This document shows, piece after piece, positions 17,872-27,329 of a stretch of 64,000 nt of DNA; within the stretch, counting starts at the first letter, position 1; every line of letters begins with the position of its first letter. Location of the stretch: assembly GCA_021890755.1 (NCBI GenBank), contig JAKKUQ010000003.1, positions 3,292 through 67,291 of the forward strand. Direction: 5' to 3'. The notes beneath the pieces are model-generated. The model made no database searches. It was given only the letters and a program-made list of their open reading frames with translations, and had not been told where the DNA came from. This stretch comes from Thermosediminibacteraceae bacterium. Lineage in GTDB: Bacteria; Bacillota; Thermosediminibacteria; Thermosediminibacterales; Thermosediminibacteraceae. A program made the translations under genes and the position numbers.

Positions 17872-18666
17872 TTGCAAAAAGAAAGGCTTGACGTGTTGTT
17901 AGTACAGCGTGGACTTTTTCCAAGCAGAGAGCGAGCAAAATCTGAGATTATGATGGGTAATATTTTTGTCAACAACAAAAGGATAGATAAACCTGGTACC
18001 CTTGTTGATATAAATTCGGAAATAGTAATCAAGGAAAAATCATTACCTTATGTCAGTAGGGGTGGGCTAAAACTCAAGAAGGCTTTAGATACTTTTTCGA
18101 TTGACGTTAGGGGAAAGGTTGCTTTAGATGCTGGCGCTTCAACAGGAGGATTTACCGATTGCCTTTTAAAGGAAGGCGCTGCAAAGGTTTACGCAGTTGA
18201 CGTAGGGTACGGACAGTTAGACCTCTCACTTAGAAACGATCCGAGAGTAATAAATATTGAACGAAAAAATGTAAGGTACCTTGACTTCGACGACATAGGA
18301 GAACTGGTAGATATAATAACGGCAGATCTTTCTTTTATCTCCTTATCCAAGGTCTTTGAACCTCTATATAGACTTTTAAAAGATGATGGGGACTTCATTG
18401 CCCTTATCAAACCGCAGTTTGAAGTCGGCAAAGGAGAAGTAAAAAACGGTATTGTGCGCGACAAAAACTTGCACGAAAAAGCTATAAACCAAGTGATTGC
18501 TGCGGCGGAATCGTCTGGTTTTTTTTGCCGAGATTTAACCTTTTCACCGATAAAAGGGCCTAAGGGAAATATAGAATTCCTAGCTTGGTTTAAAAAAAAT
18601 CCCGAAAGCTTTTCCAAAATCGACATTAAAAAAACTGTAGAGGAAGCTCATAGAACACTTAATTAG
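17872..18666 (+). CDS. tlyA: TlyA-family 23S/16S rRNA (cytidine-2'-O)-methyltransferase
   Basis: N-terminal S4 domain (RLDVLLVQRGLFPSRERAK). SAM motif LDAGASTGGFTDCLL. FtsJ-like fold. Confidence 0.9.
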   Translation: MQKERLDVLLVQRGLFPSRERAKSEIMMGNIFVNNKRIDKPGTLVDINSEIVIKEKSLPYVSRGGLKLKKALDTFSIDVRGKVALDAGASTGGFTDCLLKEGAAKVYAVDVGYGQLDLSLRNDPRVINIERKNVRYLDFDDIGELVDIITADLSFISLSKVFEPLYRLLKDDGDFIALIKPQFEVGKGEVKNGIVRDKNLHEKAINQVIAAAESSGFFCRDLTFSPIKGPKGNIEFLAWFKKNPESFSKIDIKKTVEEAHRTLN

Positions 18667-18685
18667 AAAGAAAGGTTTATTTTTT

Positions 18686-19201
18686 ATGACAGGTTTTAGT
18701 GTAATCTTATTAATCACCCTGGGTATTATTCTAGGAATTCTAGCTTTTAAATTCTTTAAAAGGACAACTTTAAAAAAGCGAATGAAAGAAGCTCGCTTAA
18801 GCGAGCGTAGGGCAGTAAATTTGCTAAAAAAGCATGGTTTTGATATAGTAGATGTACAGAAAAAAGCTTCTTATCTTATTTATATCAATGGCAAGCCTAG
18901 AGAAATTACCGTAAGGGCCGACGCAATAGTAAAAAAAGGCGGCAAATTGTACGTCGCCGAGATAAAATCGGGGAAACTCTCCCCTTCTTTAAATACGTCA
19001 GCCACCCGTAGACAGCTTTTGGAATATTTTTTAGTTTATAAACCCGCAGGTCTTATATTAGTAGATATGGAGCAAGAAAAGATTAAAACGATTGAGTTTT
19101 CAATATTAAAAAGAGATTTTTCTGCGTTGCGATATATTTTATACGCTTTAGGTATTTTTTTTACAGGCTTTGTTATGGGCTTTTTGACTAGAGGTGAATA
19201 A
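18686..19201 (+). CDS. Membrane-anchored PD-(D/E)XK (YraN-like) nuclease-fold protein, hypothetical
   Basis: N- and C-terminal TM helices flank a core with E (SERRAV), D (RADAIV) and E-x-K (VAEIKSGK), spaced as in PD-(D/E)XK enzymes. Confidence 0.5.
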   Translation: MTGFSVILLITLGIILGILAFKFFKRTTLKKRMKEARLSERRAVNLLKKHGFDIVDVQKKASYLIYINGKPREITVRADAIVKKGGKLYVAEIKSGKLSPSLNTSATRRQLLEYFLVYKPAGLILVDMEQEKIKTIEFSILKRDFSALRYILYALGIFFTGFVMGFLTRGE

Positions 19202-19202
19202 A

Positions 19203-20051
19203 TTGCAAAAAATAGGACTCTTTGTAAACCTATCAAAAAATAATGCAATAAACGTTGCTAATATGCTCGTTAAGTGGTTAAGAGAAAATAACTATGAAGT
19301 GTACACAGAAGTAAACATAGGTAATAAGCTTTGTATCCCTTTAGAATTTTATAACTTAGAAGAACTGACGAGAAAAATTGATCTTGCAATAACCCTGGGT
19401 GGCGACGGTACACTGCTAAACGTGGCGCGAAAGATGGCTCCTTATGATATACCCATTCTTGGCATAAATCTCGGACACCTTGGATTTCTAACGGAAATAG
19501 AAGTATTTGATTTGTTCAGCGATTTAAAACAGTTTACAACGGGTAAGTACTATATAGACCAGCGAATGATGATAGAAGCACATGTACTCCGAGAAAATAA
19601 AATTATGGAAAAATTTTTGGCATTGAACGATGTAGTCGTAACTAAAGGACCTTTTGCGAGATTAATAAGATTAAAAACTACAGTTAATGATGATTACGTT
19701 GATACTTTTAATGCCGACGGTCTTATTATTTCTACTCCCACAGGATCAACTGCTTATTCTCTCTCTGCAGGCGGGCCGTTAGTAAATCCTAATGTAGAGC
19801 TTTTACTCTTAACTCCGATTTGCCCACATACTCTTCAAAATCGTTCAATAATAATTTCCCCTAATGATGCCGTTACAGTTCAAGTTGTGGCTGAACATCA
19901 GGAAATAATGTTGACAGTTGACGGACAGCTGGGATATAGGCTTCAGCCATATGATAAAGTGGTTGTAAAAAAATCGGAATATTACACGAAATTGGTGCGC
20001 ATCAAAAACAGAAGCTTTTACGATATTTTGCGAAAGAAGTTAAGAGAGTAG
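19203..20051 (+). CDS. nadK: NAD kinase
   Basis: GGDGTLL, NLGHLGFLTE and STPTGSTAYSLSAGGP motifs. SD GAGGTGA lies before TTG 19203; GTG 19194 is an alternative start. Confidence 0.92.
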   Translation: MQKIGLFVNLSKNNAINVANMLVKWLRENNYEVYTEVNIGNKLCIPLEFYNLEELTRKIDLAITLGGDGTLLNVARKMAPYDIPILGINLGHLGFLTEIEVFDLFSDLKQFTTGKYYIDQRMMIEAHVLRENKIMEKFLALNDVVVTKGPFARLIRLKTTVNDDYVDTFNADGLIISTPTGSTAYSLSAGGPLVNPNVELLLLTPICPHTLQNRSIIISPNDAVTVQVVAEHQEIMLTVDGQLGYRLQPYDKVVVKKSEYYTKLVRIKNRSFYDILRKKLRE

Positions 20052-20070
20052 GGTCAAGGGGGTATATCGC

Positions 20071-20517
20071 TTGAAGGCCAAAAGGCATATGAAGATTAGG
20101 GAAATTATAAGAGAAAAACCTATAGAGACGCAGGAAGAATTGGCTGAAGAGCTTAGAAAATGCGGATTCAATGTTACCCAAGCTACAGTTTCCCGTGATA
20201 TAAAGGAATTGAGGCTGGTGAAAGTTCTCAGAGATAATAAGCATTACTGTTATTCGGAACCTGATATAACTCCAGTTGTTTCTGACAAATTAGTAAGGAT
20301 GTTAAGAGATTCAATAATAAAAATTGATTCTTCTGAAAATCTCATTGTAATAAAAACCCTTTCGGGTACTGCCCAGGCAGCGGCAGCTGCTATAGATGGT
20401 TTGAACTGGAAAGAAATTGTTGGTACCATCGCGGGAGATGATACCATCTTAGTTGTAGCCCGTTCAAAGTCTGCAGTAAAGGAAATTATTGAAAAATTAG
20501 AAAACCTTATTAACTGA
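20071..20517 (+). CDS. argR: Arginine repressor
   Basis: RHMKIREIIREKPIETQEELAEELRKCGFNVTQATVSRDIKEL matches the ArgR/AhrC N-terminus. C-terminal GTIAGDDTILVV motif. Confidence 0.93.
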   Translation: MKAKRHMKIREIIREKPIETQEELAEELRKCGFNVTQATVSRDIKELRLVKVLRDNKHYCYSEPDITPVVSDKLVRMLRDSIIKIDSSENLIVIKTLSGTAQAAAAAIDGLNWKEIVGTIAGDDTILVVARSKSAVKEIIEKLENLIN

Positions 20518-20533
20518 CCCCGGGAGGCATAAT

Positions 20534-22264
20534 ATGCTCCTTAAACTTGTTGTGAAAAATTTTGCTCTGATAGATGATGTAGAAATAGAATTTAAAAAAG
20601 GGTTGAACGTTCTAACAGGAGAAACCGGCGCGGGCAAATCTATCATAATAGACGCTATAGGTTTGATCCTTGGTGAAAGGGCATCCAGTGAATATATAAG
20701 GTCAGGCAAAGAAAGCTCGGTAATAGAGGCTATTTTCCAATACGATAACGAAACTATAAGTGGGATTTTAAGAGAATTGGGAATTGAAGAAGAAGATAAT
20801 CTTTTGATAATATCTCGCAAAATTACTGAGCAAGGGAAGAATTTCTGCAGAATAAATGGCGTGAGTGTTCCTGTCTCAACACTAAAACATATAGGGAAAT
20901 ACCTTGTAGATATACACGGCCAGCACCAGCATCAATCATTGCTGAATTCCGAAAGACATTTAGAGTTGCTAGATCTACTGGGTGGAAGTGAAATTGAGGA
21001 GAGAAAAAATAAAGTAAAAATTCTCTACAAAAATATCGTAGATACCACACATCAGCTGAAAGCTCTTGCGAAAACCCGCGAGGAATTTTTAAAATATAAA
21101 GACCAGCTTCAATTTGAAGTTGATGAGCTTGAAAAAGCTGAGTTAAAACCTGGAGAAGACGTACAATTAGAAGAAGAACTAGAAATTCTGGAACATTCGG
21201 AAAAAATTCTAAGAGCACTGAACTTCAGTCTATTCACATTGTACGAAGGAGACGAGAATAACGCTTCTGTTATTGATAATTTATTTAAAGTAATAAACGC
21301 TCTAGAAGATGTAGCAGATTATTTTAAACCAATAAAACAATTTGTAGATTCCTTAAAAAATATACTATATGAATTGGAAGATGTAGTCTCTGGCATAAGA
21401 GAATCTGCTAAATCCGTAGACTTTGATCCTGTGCGACTAGATGAAATTAATGCAAGACTTGCCTTACTAAACCGCTTGAAAAGTAAATATAATAAAAGCA
21501 TCGAAGAACTCATAAAATATAAAGAGCAAGCTGCTTCAAAGTTGGACGAGGCGTTAAATATTGACGATGAAATCAAAAAACTTGAAAGCTCGTTAACTAA
21601 ACTAAAACAAGACTATGTAAGTCATTCCATAAAATTGCATGAATTGCGAAAGAAGGTAGCCGCTTCTTTTGAAGAAAATATTTCCAAGGAATTAAGTGAC
21701 TTAGGAATGAAAGGTATAAAGTTTTCAGTGGATTTCAAATGGACCAAAGCTGAAGAAGGAGTAGAAATTGACAACAAGATCTTCAAAATGAATGAGAACG
21801 GATTAGATACTGTAGAATTCTTGATTTCGACCAACCCAGGAGAACCATTAAAACCTCTAGCAAAAATAGTATCTGGCGGTGAAGCTTCTCGCATAATGCT
21901 TGCCTTAAAAAGCATATTGGCAAAAATCGATAATATTCCTTGTTTGATTTTTGACGAAATCGATGCAGGTATAGGAGGAAGAATCTCCCAGGTAGTTGGA
22001 GAAAAACTATCAAGAATTGCGCGAGATCATCAAGTACTCTGCGTTACTCATTCTCCACAAATAGCAAGTTTAGGAGATGCACATTTTTGCATAAGCAAAA
22101 TAGTAGATAAAAATAAAACATATACTGTAGTAAGGGAAGTTAAAGGTGAGGAGAGAATAAAAGAGCTTGCAAGGATGCTGGGAGGAGCGGAGATTACACG
22201 CAATACTTTAGCCCATGCTCGTGAAATGCTTGAAATAGCAGAAAAAATAAAGAAAAATAATTAA
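20534..22264 (+). CDS. recN: DNA repair protein RecN
   Basis: Walker A GETGAGKSIIIDA, long coiled-coil, signature SGGEASRIMLALK, Walker B LIFDEIDAGIGG. Confidence 0.95.
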   Translation: MLLKLVVKNFALIDDVEIEFKKGLNVLTGETGAGKSIIIDAIGLILGERASSEYIRSGKESSVIEAIFQYDNETISGILRELGIEEEDNLLIISRKITEQGKNFCRINGVSVPVSTLKHIGKYLVDIHGQHQHQSLLNSERHLELLDLLGGSEIEERKNKVKILYKNIVDTTHQLKALAKTREEFLKYKDQLQFEVDELEKAELKPGEDVQLEEELEILEHSEKILRALNFSLFTLYEGDENNASVIDNLFKVINALEDVADYFKPIKQFVDSLKNILYELEDVVSGIRESAKSVDFDPVRLDEINARLALLNRLKSKYNKSIEELIKYKEQAASKLDEALNIDDEIKKLESSLTKLKQDYVSHSIKLHELRKKVAASFEENISKELSDLGMKGIKFSVDFKWTKAEEGVEIDNKIFKMNENGLDTVEFLISTNPGEPLKPLAKIVSGGEASRIMLALKSILAKIDNIPCLIFDEIDAGIGGRISQVVGEKLSRIARDHQVLCVTHSPQIASLGDAHFCISKIVDKNKTYTVVREVKGEERIKELARMLGGAEITRNTLAHAREMLEIAEKIKKNN

Positions 22265-22290
22265 AGCCCGTTGGGGCTTTTTTTATTTTT
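22263..22290 (+). terminator. Rho-independent terminator after recN
   Basis: Stem AAAGCCC/GGGCTTT, 4-nt loop, then a T run. Confidence 0.8.
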
Positions 22291-22370
22291 CCAGTATTAA
22301 AAAAAAAGAACCGGGTTATCTTAATTTTCAGGTACCGGTTTTTTTCATTTTTAAATTGAAGGAGTGAAGG

Positions 22371-23684
22371 GTGTTGAATCCAAGCAAAAACCGGAAATTT
22401 ATTGGTGTTTTTTTGGCAGTTTTAATACTTATTACATTTTCCCCTCATTTTTCAGGATTATACAGGTTTCCCGACAAAATTAAGATAATAGAAGGAAAAG
22501 AGCACATACTGGACCTCGGAATTCCTTTCAGCTTTCAGCTTTTTACCCAAAACGCCGATTTTTTAACCATTAACGGTAATAACATTAAAGACAGAATTAA
22601 TGTAAATTTGAGAGAACCTCTTTCCATCAGGTCTTCACGCCTAGGAACTTATGATCTTGAGTTTAGGCTATTTGGAATTATACCTGTAAAAAAGATGAAA
22701 TTAGAAGTGTTACCGGAGGTCAAAATTGTGCCAGGGGGGCATTCAATAGGGGTAAAATTGAGGCCTAACGGTGTAATAGTAGTAGGTATTACTTCGGTTG
22801 TTGATGAAAAAGGGAAGACATGGTATCCTGCCAAAGATGCGGGGATCCAAATCGGAGATACTATTGCTTTGGTAAATGGCCGTAAAATTTATACGGCTGA
22901 GGAATTTACGAGAATTATAAATAGCGATGAAGATAAAACGATAAATTTAACTGTAAAAAGGAATAATAAAACGTTTAATACAAAATTATCTGCAGTTAAA
23001 AATAAGGAGGGAATTTATCAAATAGGACTTTGGGTGAGAGATATAGCTGCAGGGGTTGGCACTTTGACCTTTTATGATCCCGAAACAGGTTATTATGGTG
23101 CTTTAGGGCATATTATTTCTGATTCTGATACTGGAAAAGTTTTGGAAGTTGGCGAGGGGGAAATCATAAGAGCCAGTATAACTTCTGTGGTACCTGCGAG
23201 AAAAAATGTACCAGGTGAAAAAAGGGGAGTATTTGTGGAAGAAGAAAAGGTTATGGGAAACATTTTGAGCAACACACCCTTTGGTATATTCGGCAAAATG
23301 TACCAGCCAATCAAGAATCCCTATTATACAGAGATTCCTGTGGCTCTTGCAAGTTTCGCTCACGAAGGTAAGGCCCAAATTATGACTGTGATTGACGGGG
23401 AAAAGATAGAAAAATTTGATATAGAAATACAAAAAATCATTAGACAGGACTACCCGAATACTAAAGGAATGATCATAAAAATAACAGATCCACGGTTGAT
23501 AAAAAAAGCTGGAGGCATTGTTCAGGGAATGAGTGGGAGTCCCATAATTCAAGATGGTTATCTGGTGGGGGCAGTAACCCATGTCTTCGTCAATGATCCG
23601 ACTCGAGGTTACGGAGTTTTTGCCGAATGGATGATAGAAGAAATATCAAAATTGAAAAGTGAGCGACAGGTAATTAATTATTAA
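22371..23684 (+). CDS. spoIVB: SpoIVB peptidase (S55 family, PDZ domain)
   Basis: PDZ segment (GIQIGDTIALVNG). Catalytic-region motifs GTLTFYDPETGYYGALGH and GMSGSPIIQDGYLVGAVTHV. recN-spoIVB-spo0A context. Confidence 0.9.
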   Translation: MLNPSKNRKFIGVFLAVLILITFSPHFSGLYRFPDKIKIIEGKEHILDLGIPFSFQLFTQNADFLTINGNNIKDRINVNLREPLSIRSSRLGTYDLEFRLFGIIPVKKMKLEVLPEVKIVPGGHSIGVKLRPNGVIVVGITSVVDEKGKTWYPAKDAGIQIGDTIALVNGRKIYTAEEFTRIINSDEDKTINLTVKRNNKTFNTKLSAVKNKEGIYQIGLWVRDIAAGVGTLTFYDPETGYYGALGHIISDSDTGKVLEVGEGEIIRASITSVVPARKNVPGEKRGVFVEEEKVMGNILSNTPFGIFGKMYQPIKNPYYTEIPVALASFAHEGKAQIMTVIDGEKIEKFDIEIQKIIRQDYPNTKGMIIKITDPRLIKKAGGIVQGMSGSPIIQDGYLVGAVTHVFVNDPTRGYGVFAEWMIEEISKLKSERQVINY

Positions 23685-23723
23685 AACAATTTATGGTATT
23701 TTTAGGAGGAGAATACCATTAAT

Positions 23724-23730
23724 TGTCGAA
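23724..23730 (+). promoter_or_regulatory. Perfect Spo0A box (TGTCGAA) upstream of spo0A
   Basis: Exact 7-mer match to the 0A-box consensus, 43 nt upstream of the spo0A ATG. An AGGA...GAAT sigma-H-like arrangement surrounds it, but the spacing is imperfect. Confidence 0.4.
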
Positions 23731-23772
23731 TATATCAAAAAAAGTAGTAAGTAAGGGGGGGGTCTAAAGGAT

Positions 23773-24555
23773 ATGGGCGATAAAAAGAGAATACTGTTAG
23801 CGGACGATAACAAAGAATTTTGTGATCTTTTGGAAGAATATTTTTCGGGCGAAGACGACTTACAAGTGGTAGGTAAAGCTCATAATGGATTAGAAGTTTT
23901 GGAAAAAGTTCAAGAATTGAATCCGGATGTATTAGTGCTTGATATAATTATGCCAAATCTTGACGGCCTTGGTGTAATCGAAAAATTAGCAAATTTCGAT
24001 AAAAAACCCAGAATAATAGTACTTTCGGCAGTAGGGCAAGATAAAATCACTCAAAAAGCTATAAATTTAGGAGCAGATTATTACGTAGTAAAACCTTTTG
24101 ATTTAAAGATTCTAGTCGACCGTATCCGCGAATTAACTGGAACGCCGGTCCAGAATACAGAAAAAAGTTTAAACGTCACAACCCCGAAGCGCAAAGATAC
24201 GAACCTCGAAATGGAAATAACAAATATAATCCACGAAATAGGTATTCCCGCTCATATAAAGGGTTACTTTTACTTAAGGGAAGCAATTGCAATGGTTGTA
24301 AACAATGTAGAGTTGCTGGGTGCTGTTACGAAAGTATTGTATCCAACTATAGCCAAGAAATACAATACCACGCCAAGCAGGGTCGAGAGAGCCATACGAC
24401 ATGCCATAGAAGTTGCGTGGAACAGGGGATGTGTAGAGACGCTCAATAATCTTTTTGGTTATACAATTCAAAAAGACAAAGGCAAACCCACAAATTCGGA
24501 GTTTATTGCAATGATTTCGGACAAGCTGAGAATGGAGCAAAAAGCTATATCTTAG
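23773..24555 (+). CDS. spo0A: Sporulation master regulator Spo0A
   Basis: Receiver domain (LLADDN...[11 protein letters not shown]). Spo0A-specific C-terminal motifs [18 protein letters not shown] and [15 protein letters not shown]. Confidence 0.97.
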   Translation: MGDKKRILLADDNKEFCDLLEEYFSGEDDLQVVGKAHNGLEVLEKVQELNPDVLVLDIIMPNLDGLGVIEKLANFDKKPRIIVLSAVGQDKITQKAINLGADYYVVKPFDLKILVDRIRELTGTPVQNTEKSLNVTTPKRKDTNLEMEITNIIHEIGIPAHIKGYFYLREAIAMVVNNVELLGAVTKVLYPTIAKKYNTTPSRVERAIRHAIEVAWNRGCVETLNNLFGYTIQKDKGKPTNSEFIAMISDKLRMEQKAIS

Positions 24556-24557
24556 CA

Positions 24558-24589
24558 AACACCCCAACCAAGGGGTGTTATATTTTTTA
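24558..24589 (+). terminator. Rho-independent terminator after spo0A
   Basis: 8-bp stem AACACCCC/GGGGTGTT, 6-nt loop, then a T-rich tail. Confidence 0.8.
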
Positions 24590-24648
24590 TTTATGGAAAT
24601 AATAAGATCAGGTAGGTAATTTTTAATAAAGCAATTGAGAGGAATGCC

Positions 24649-25782
24649 ATGAAGAAGTTTGTGGTTGGAAGAGCTGTTGTTGATAAAAAAACAAAAAAAT
24701 TATTGCAACGTGTAAAACCCGGAGACATAGCGGTTATTTTCCACAAAGATATAGATGAACTGGCTGCCCTTCAGCTAAAAAAGTCAAAAGTAAAAGGAGT
24801 TATAAATTTTCAGCCATCCATCAGCGGGCGATTTTTAAACCATGGTCCCGAAATATTGCTTGATGCCGGAATGCTAGTGGTAGATGTCCTTGAAGAGGGG
24901 CTATTTGATAAGATACGTGAAGGAGATTTAGTGCGAATAAATGAAAACGGCGAAATAACAGTAAACGGTCGATTTTTTTACAAAGGTTTGGTTCTAACCA
25001 AAGAATGGATAAAATCGAAATATGAAGAAGCAAAATCGAATTATGAAAAGGAAATAGAGAGATTTGCCATTAACACCCTTGAGTATATTAAGCGCGAAAA
25101 GACGCTTTTATCATCGGATTATTCGGTACCTCAACTTAAAACTGATATGCGCAAAAAACACGTTATGGTAGTAGTACGAGGAAAAGATTATAAAGAAGAT
25201 ATTTTGGCTTTGAAATCATATATAGAAGAAATCAAACCTGTGCTTATAGGGGTAGATGGTGGAGCGGATGCCCTTTTAGAATTCGGGTTAAAACCAGATA
25301 TTATAGTAGGTGACATGGACAGTATAAGCGATAAAGGACTTAAGTGCGGAGCAGAAATAGTGATACATGCTTATCCTGATGGGAGAGCACCCGGACTAGA
25401 AAGAGTAAAACAACTTGGTCTTGAATACAAAAAAATAGCAATAACAGGAACGAGCGAAGACGCAGCACTGCTGTTGGCTTATCACAGCGGAGCTGATTTG
25501 ATTGTAGCGGTAGGCACTCATACAAATATGATTGATTTTTTAGAGAAAGGCCGCCAGGGGATGGCAAGTACTTTTTTAGTTCGATTAAAAGTTGGGCACA
25601 TATTAATCGATGCAAAAGGAGTTAACAAACTTTACCGCAGTGGGTTAAAAATTAATTATTTAGCGGCACTTTTTGCTGCTGCTTTTTTTCCGATTTTTAT
25701 ATTAAGCACTACATCTCCTGTAGTTAAGCATTTAATAAGGCTTTTACTCATTAAAGTCAGAATTATGATTGGCTTTTTATAG
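24649..25782 (+). CDS. steA: SteA-like protein (thiamine-pyrophosphokinase-like domain, C-terminal TM helix)
   Basis: N-terminus GRAVVDKKTKKLLQRVKPGDIAVIFHKDID...PSISGRF resembles actinobacterial SteA. TPK-like VGDMDSI motif. Hydrophobic C-terminus. Confidence 0.7.
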   Translation: MKKFVVGRAVVDKKTKKLLQRVKPGDIAVIFHKDIDELAALQLKKSKVKGVINFQPSISGRFLNHGPEILLDAGMLVVDVLEEGLFDKIREGDLVRINENGEITVNGRFFYKGLVLTKEWIKSKYEEAKSNYEKEIERFAINTLEYIKREKTLLSSDYSVPQLKTDMRKKHVMVVVRGKDYKEDILALKSYIEEIKPVLIGVDGGADALLEFGLKPDIIVGDMDSISDKGLKCGAEIVIHAYPDGRAPGLERVKQLGLEYKKIAITGTSEDAALLLAYHSGADLIVAVGTHTNMIDFLEKGRQGMASTFLVRLKVGHILIDAKGVNKLYRSGLKINYLAALFAAAFFPIFILSTTSPVVKHLIRLLLIKVRIMIGFL

Positions 25783-25794
25783 AGGTGATTTTCT

Positions 25795-26508
25795 TTGTAC
25801 AATTTCAAGTACATAACAATACTTTTGATTGCGGTATTTATTGCTCTTGGAATAGGCATAGCTATAGGTTTTACAGCAAACAGTGATAAACTATTAGTTA
25901 AGCAGCAAAAAGAAATTATAGATCAGCTGGAGACCAGTTATAACCGTATGAAAGAAAGCAGCAAGATGAAAGAAAAGCAGCTTAAATTGCTCGCTGAAAG
26001 ACAAAAAAAAGATTACGAATTCCTCACTCAAAATTTTGAGATGTTGCTCGCAGGACGCCTTCAGGGAAAGCGAGGATCAGTAATAGAAATTGGAAACTCA
26101 AATAGATTAACCGAAGTCGTAGATTGTCTCAAAAGTGCAGGAGCACAAGTACAGTTTTCTACAGTGATAAATGAAGATTTAATAAATGAGGATCTCAATG
26201 TTTTCATCGAAGCCTTCGCTGGTGGAGATATAAAAAAACTTCAGTATTTAGAAGAAAAAAGTTTCATAGAAAAGAGTGGGGTTTACGACAGTTCAGTAGA
26301 TTTTATTGTAATAATAAGAGGTACTGAAAAATTCAACCCGGCTTCATTAGTTAAAAAATTGGGCAAGTTAAAACCTGTTGCTATCGTTCAAACATCAAAT
26401 TTACCAACACTAGATATAAAAAATAACGACAAATTGTTTTATATAGATAACATCGACACGATAATGGGCAAGTATAGACTTGTAATTTCGTTAATTAACA
26501 ATTTTTGA
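25795..26508 (+). CDS. MctB/SteB-like membrane-anchored protein ('copper transporter' family)
   Basis: N-terminal TM helix (ITILLIAVFIALGIGIAIGF) followed by a coiled-coil and a globular domain. Conserved partner directly after steA. Confidence 0.55.
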   Translation: MYNFKYITILLIAVFIALGIGIAIGFTANSDKLLVKQQKEIIDQLETSYNRMKESSKMKEKQLKLLAERQKKDYEFLTQNFEMLLAGRLQGKRGSVIEIGNSNRLTEVVDCLKSAGAQVQFSTVINEDLINEDLNVFIEAFAGGDIKKLQYLEEKSFIEKSGVYDSSVDFIVIIRGTEKFNPASLVKKLGKLKPVAIVQTSNLPTLDIKNNDKLFYIDNIDTIMGKYRLVISLINNF

Positions 26509-27311
26509 GGTGTCTGGCTTTGGCAGTTACACTGTTATCTTTGTTAATTACCATAGTATTTCTAGAAAACTTCCGCTCATGGGAAAAAGCTATAAAAAAA
26601 GTCAATTATAGAAATAAAGAGGTTATAACGGCAGGAGGCGTTGTTTTTGTAGTAGCAATAATTTTAACTAACATATGCGCCGCTTTTTTGTTTGACGATA
26701 CATATGTTTTAGAACCATTAATGCTAGCTGCGGCGGGCATGGGCTTTTCAGGACTTCTAGACGATGTTTATGGATCTAATACTGTTAAGGGGCTAAAAGG
26801 ACACTTCTCGCAACTAAGGCGCGGAAGAATAACTACTGGAACCGTGAAAGCCATAATGGGCCTTGGTATAGCTTGTTTTATATCTTTGAAAAAAGGTGGT
26901 TCTATATTGGAAATAATGATTAATGCCCTTATAATCGCACTCTCAGCCAATTTGTTAAATCTTATGGACTTAAGACCCGGGCGAGCTTGCAGATTTTTTT
27001 TGGTTTCAACTTTAATACTGTTCGGATATTTTCTATACACAAAAAATATTAGCCTAATATTCTGGTTTATGCCTTTAGTTGCGTCAGTGCTAGTCTTTTT
27101 AGTCTACGATTCTAGAGAAGTATTGATGATGGGTGATGCAGGTGCTAATGTTTTAGGCATGAGCCTTGGCATTATGGTGGTCTGGGGAAGTTCATTTTAT
27201 GCAAGGATAAGCGCGCTGATTTTTTTAGTTGGAATTCATCTATTTGCAGAATATTATTCTCTTAGCAAGATAATAGAAGGACTGACAATAATCAAAAGAA
27301 AATTTTTATGA
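26505..27311 (+). CDS. Divergent glycosyltransferase family 4 (MraY/WecA-like) polytopic membrane protein
   Basis: Polytopic. Motifs LDDVYG, NLLNLMDLRPG (a variant of NxxNxxDGxDG) and MGDAGANVLG. Confidence 0.7.
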   Translation: MRCLALAVTLLSLLITIVFLENFRSWEKAIKKVNYRNKEVITAGGVVFVVAIILTNICAAFLFDDTYVLEPLMLAAAGMGFSGLLDDVYGSNTVKGLKGHFSQLRRGRITTGTVKAIMGLGIACFISLKKGGSILEIMINALIIALSANLLNLMDLRPGRACRFFLVSTLILFGYFLYTKNISLIFWFMPLVASVLVFLVYDSREVLMMGDAGANVLGMSLGIMVVWGSSFYARISALIFLVGIHLFAEYYSLSKIIEGLTIIKRKFL

Positions 27312-27329
27312 TGTGTGAAGGGGAAATAT

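Noticed and set aside
22309-22347. A second hairpin after the recN terminator (AACCGG...CCGGTT with a 20-nt loop, then T7), considered as a riboswitch or back-up terminator upstream of spoIVB.
   Set aside because: The stem is only 6 bp with a large unstructured loop. I recognise no conserved motif and could not match a convincing sigma-F/G promoter either. The evidence is too weak to call.
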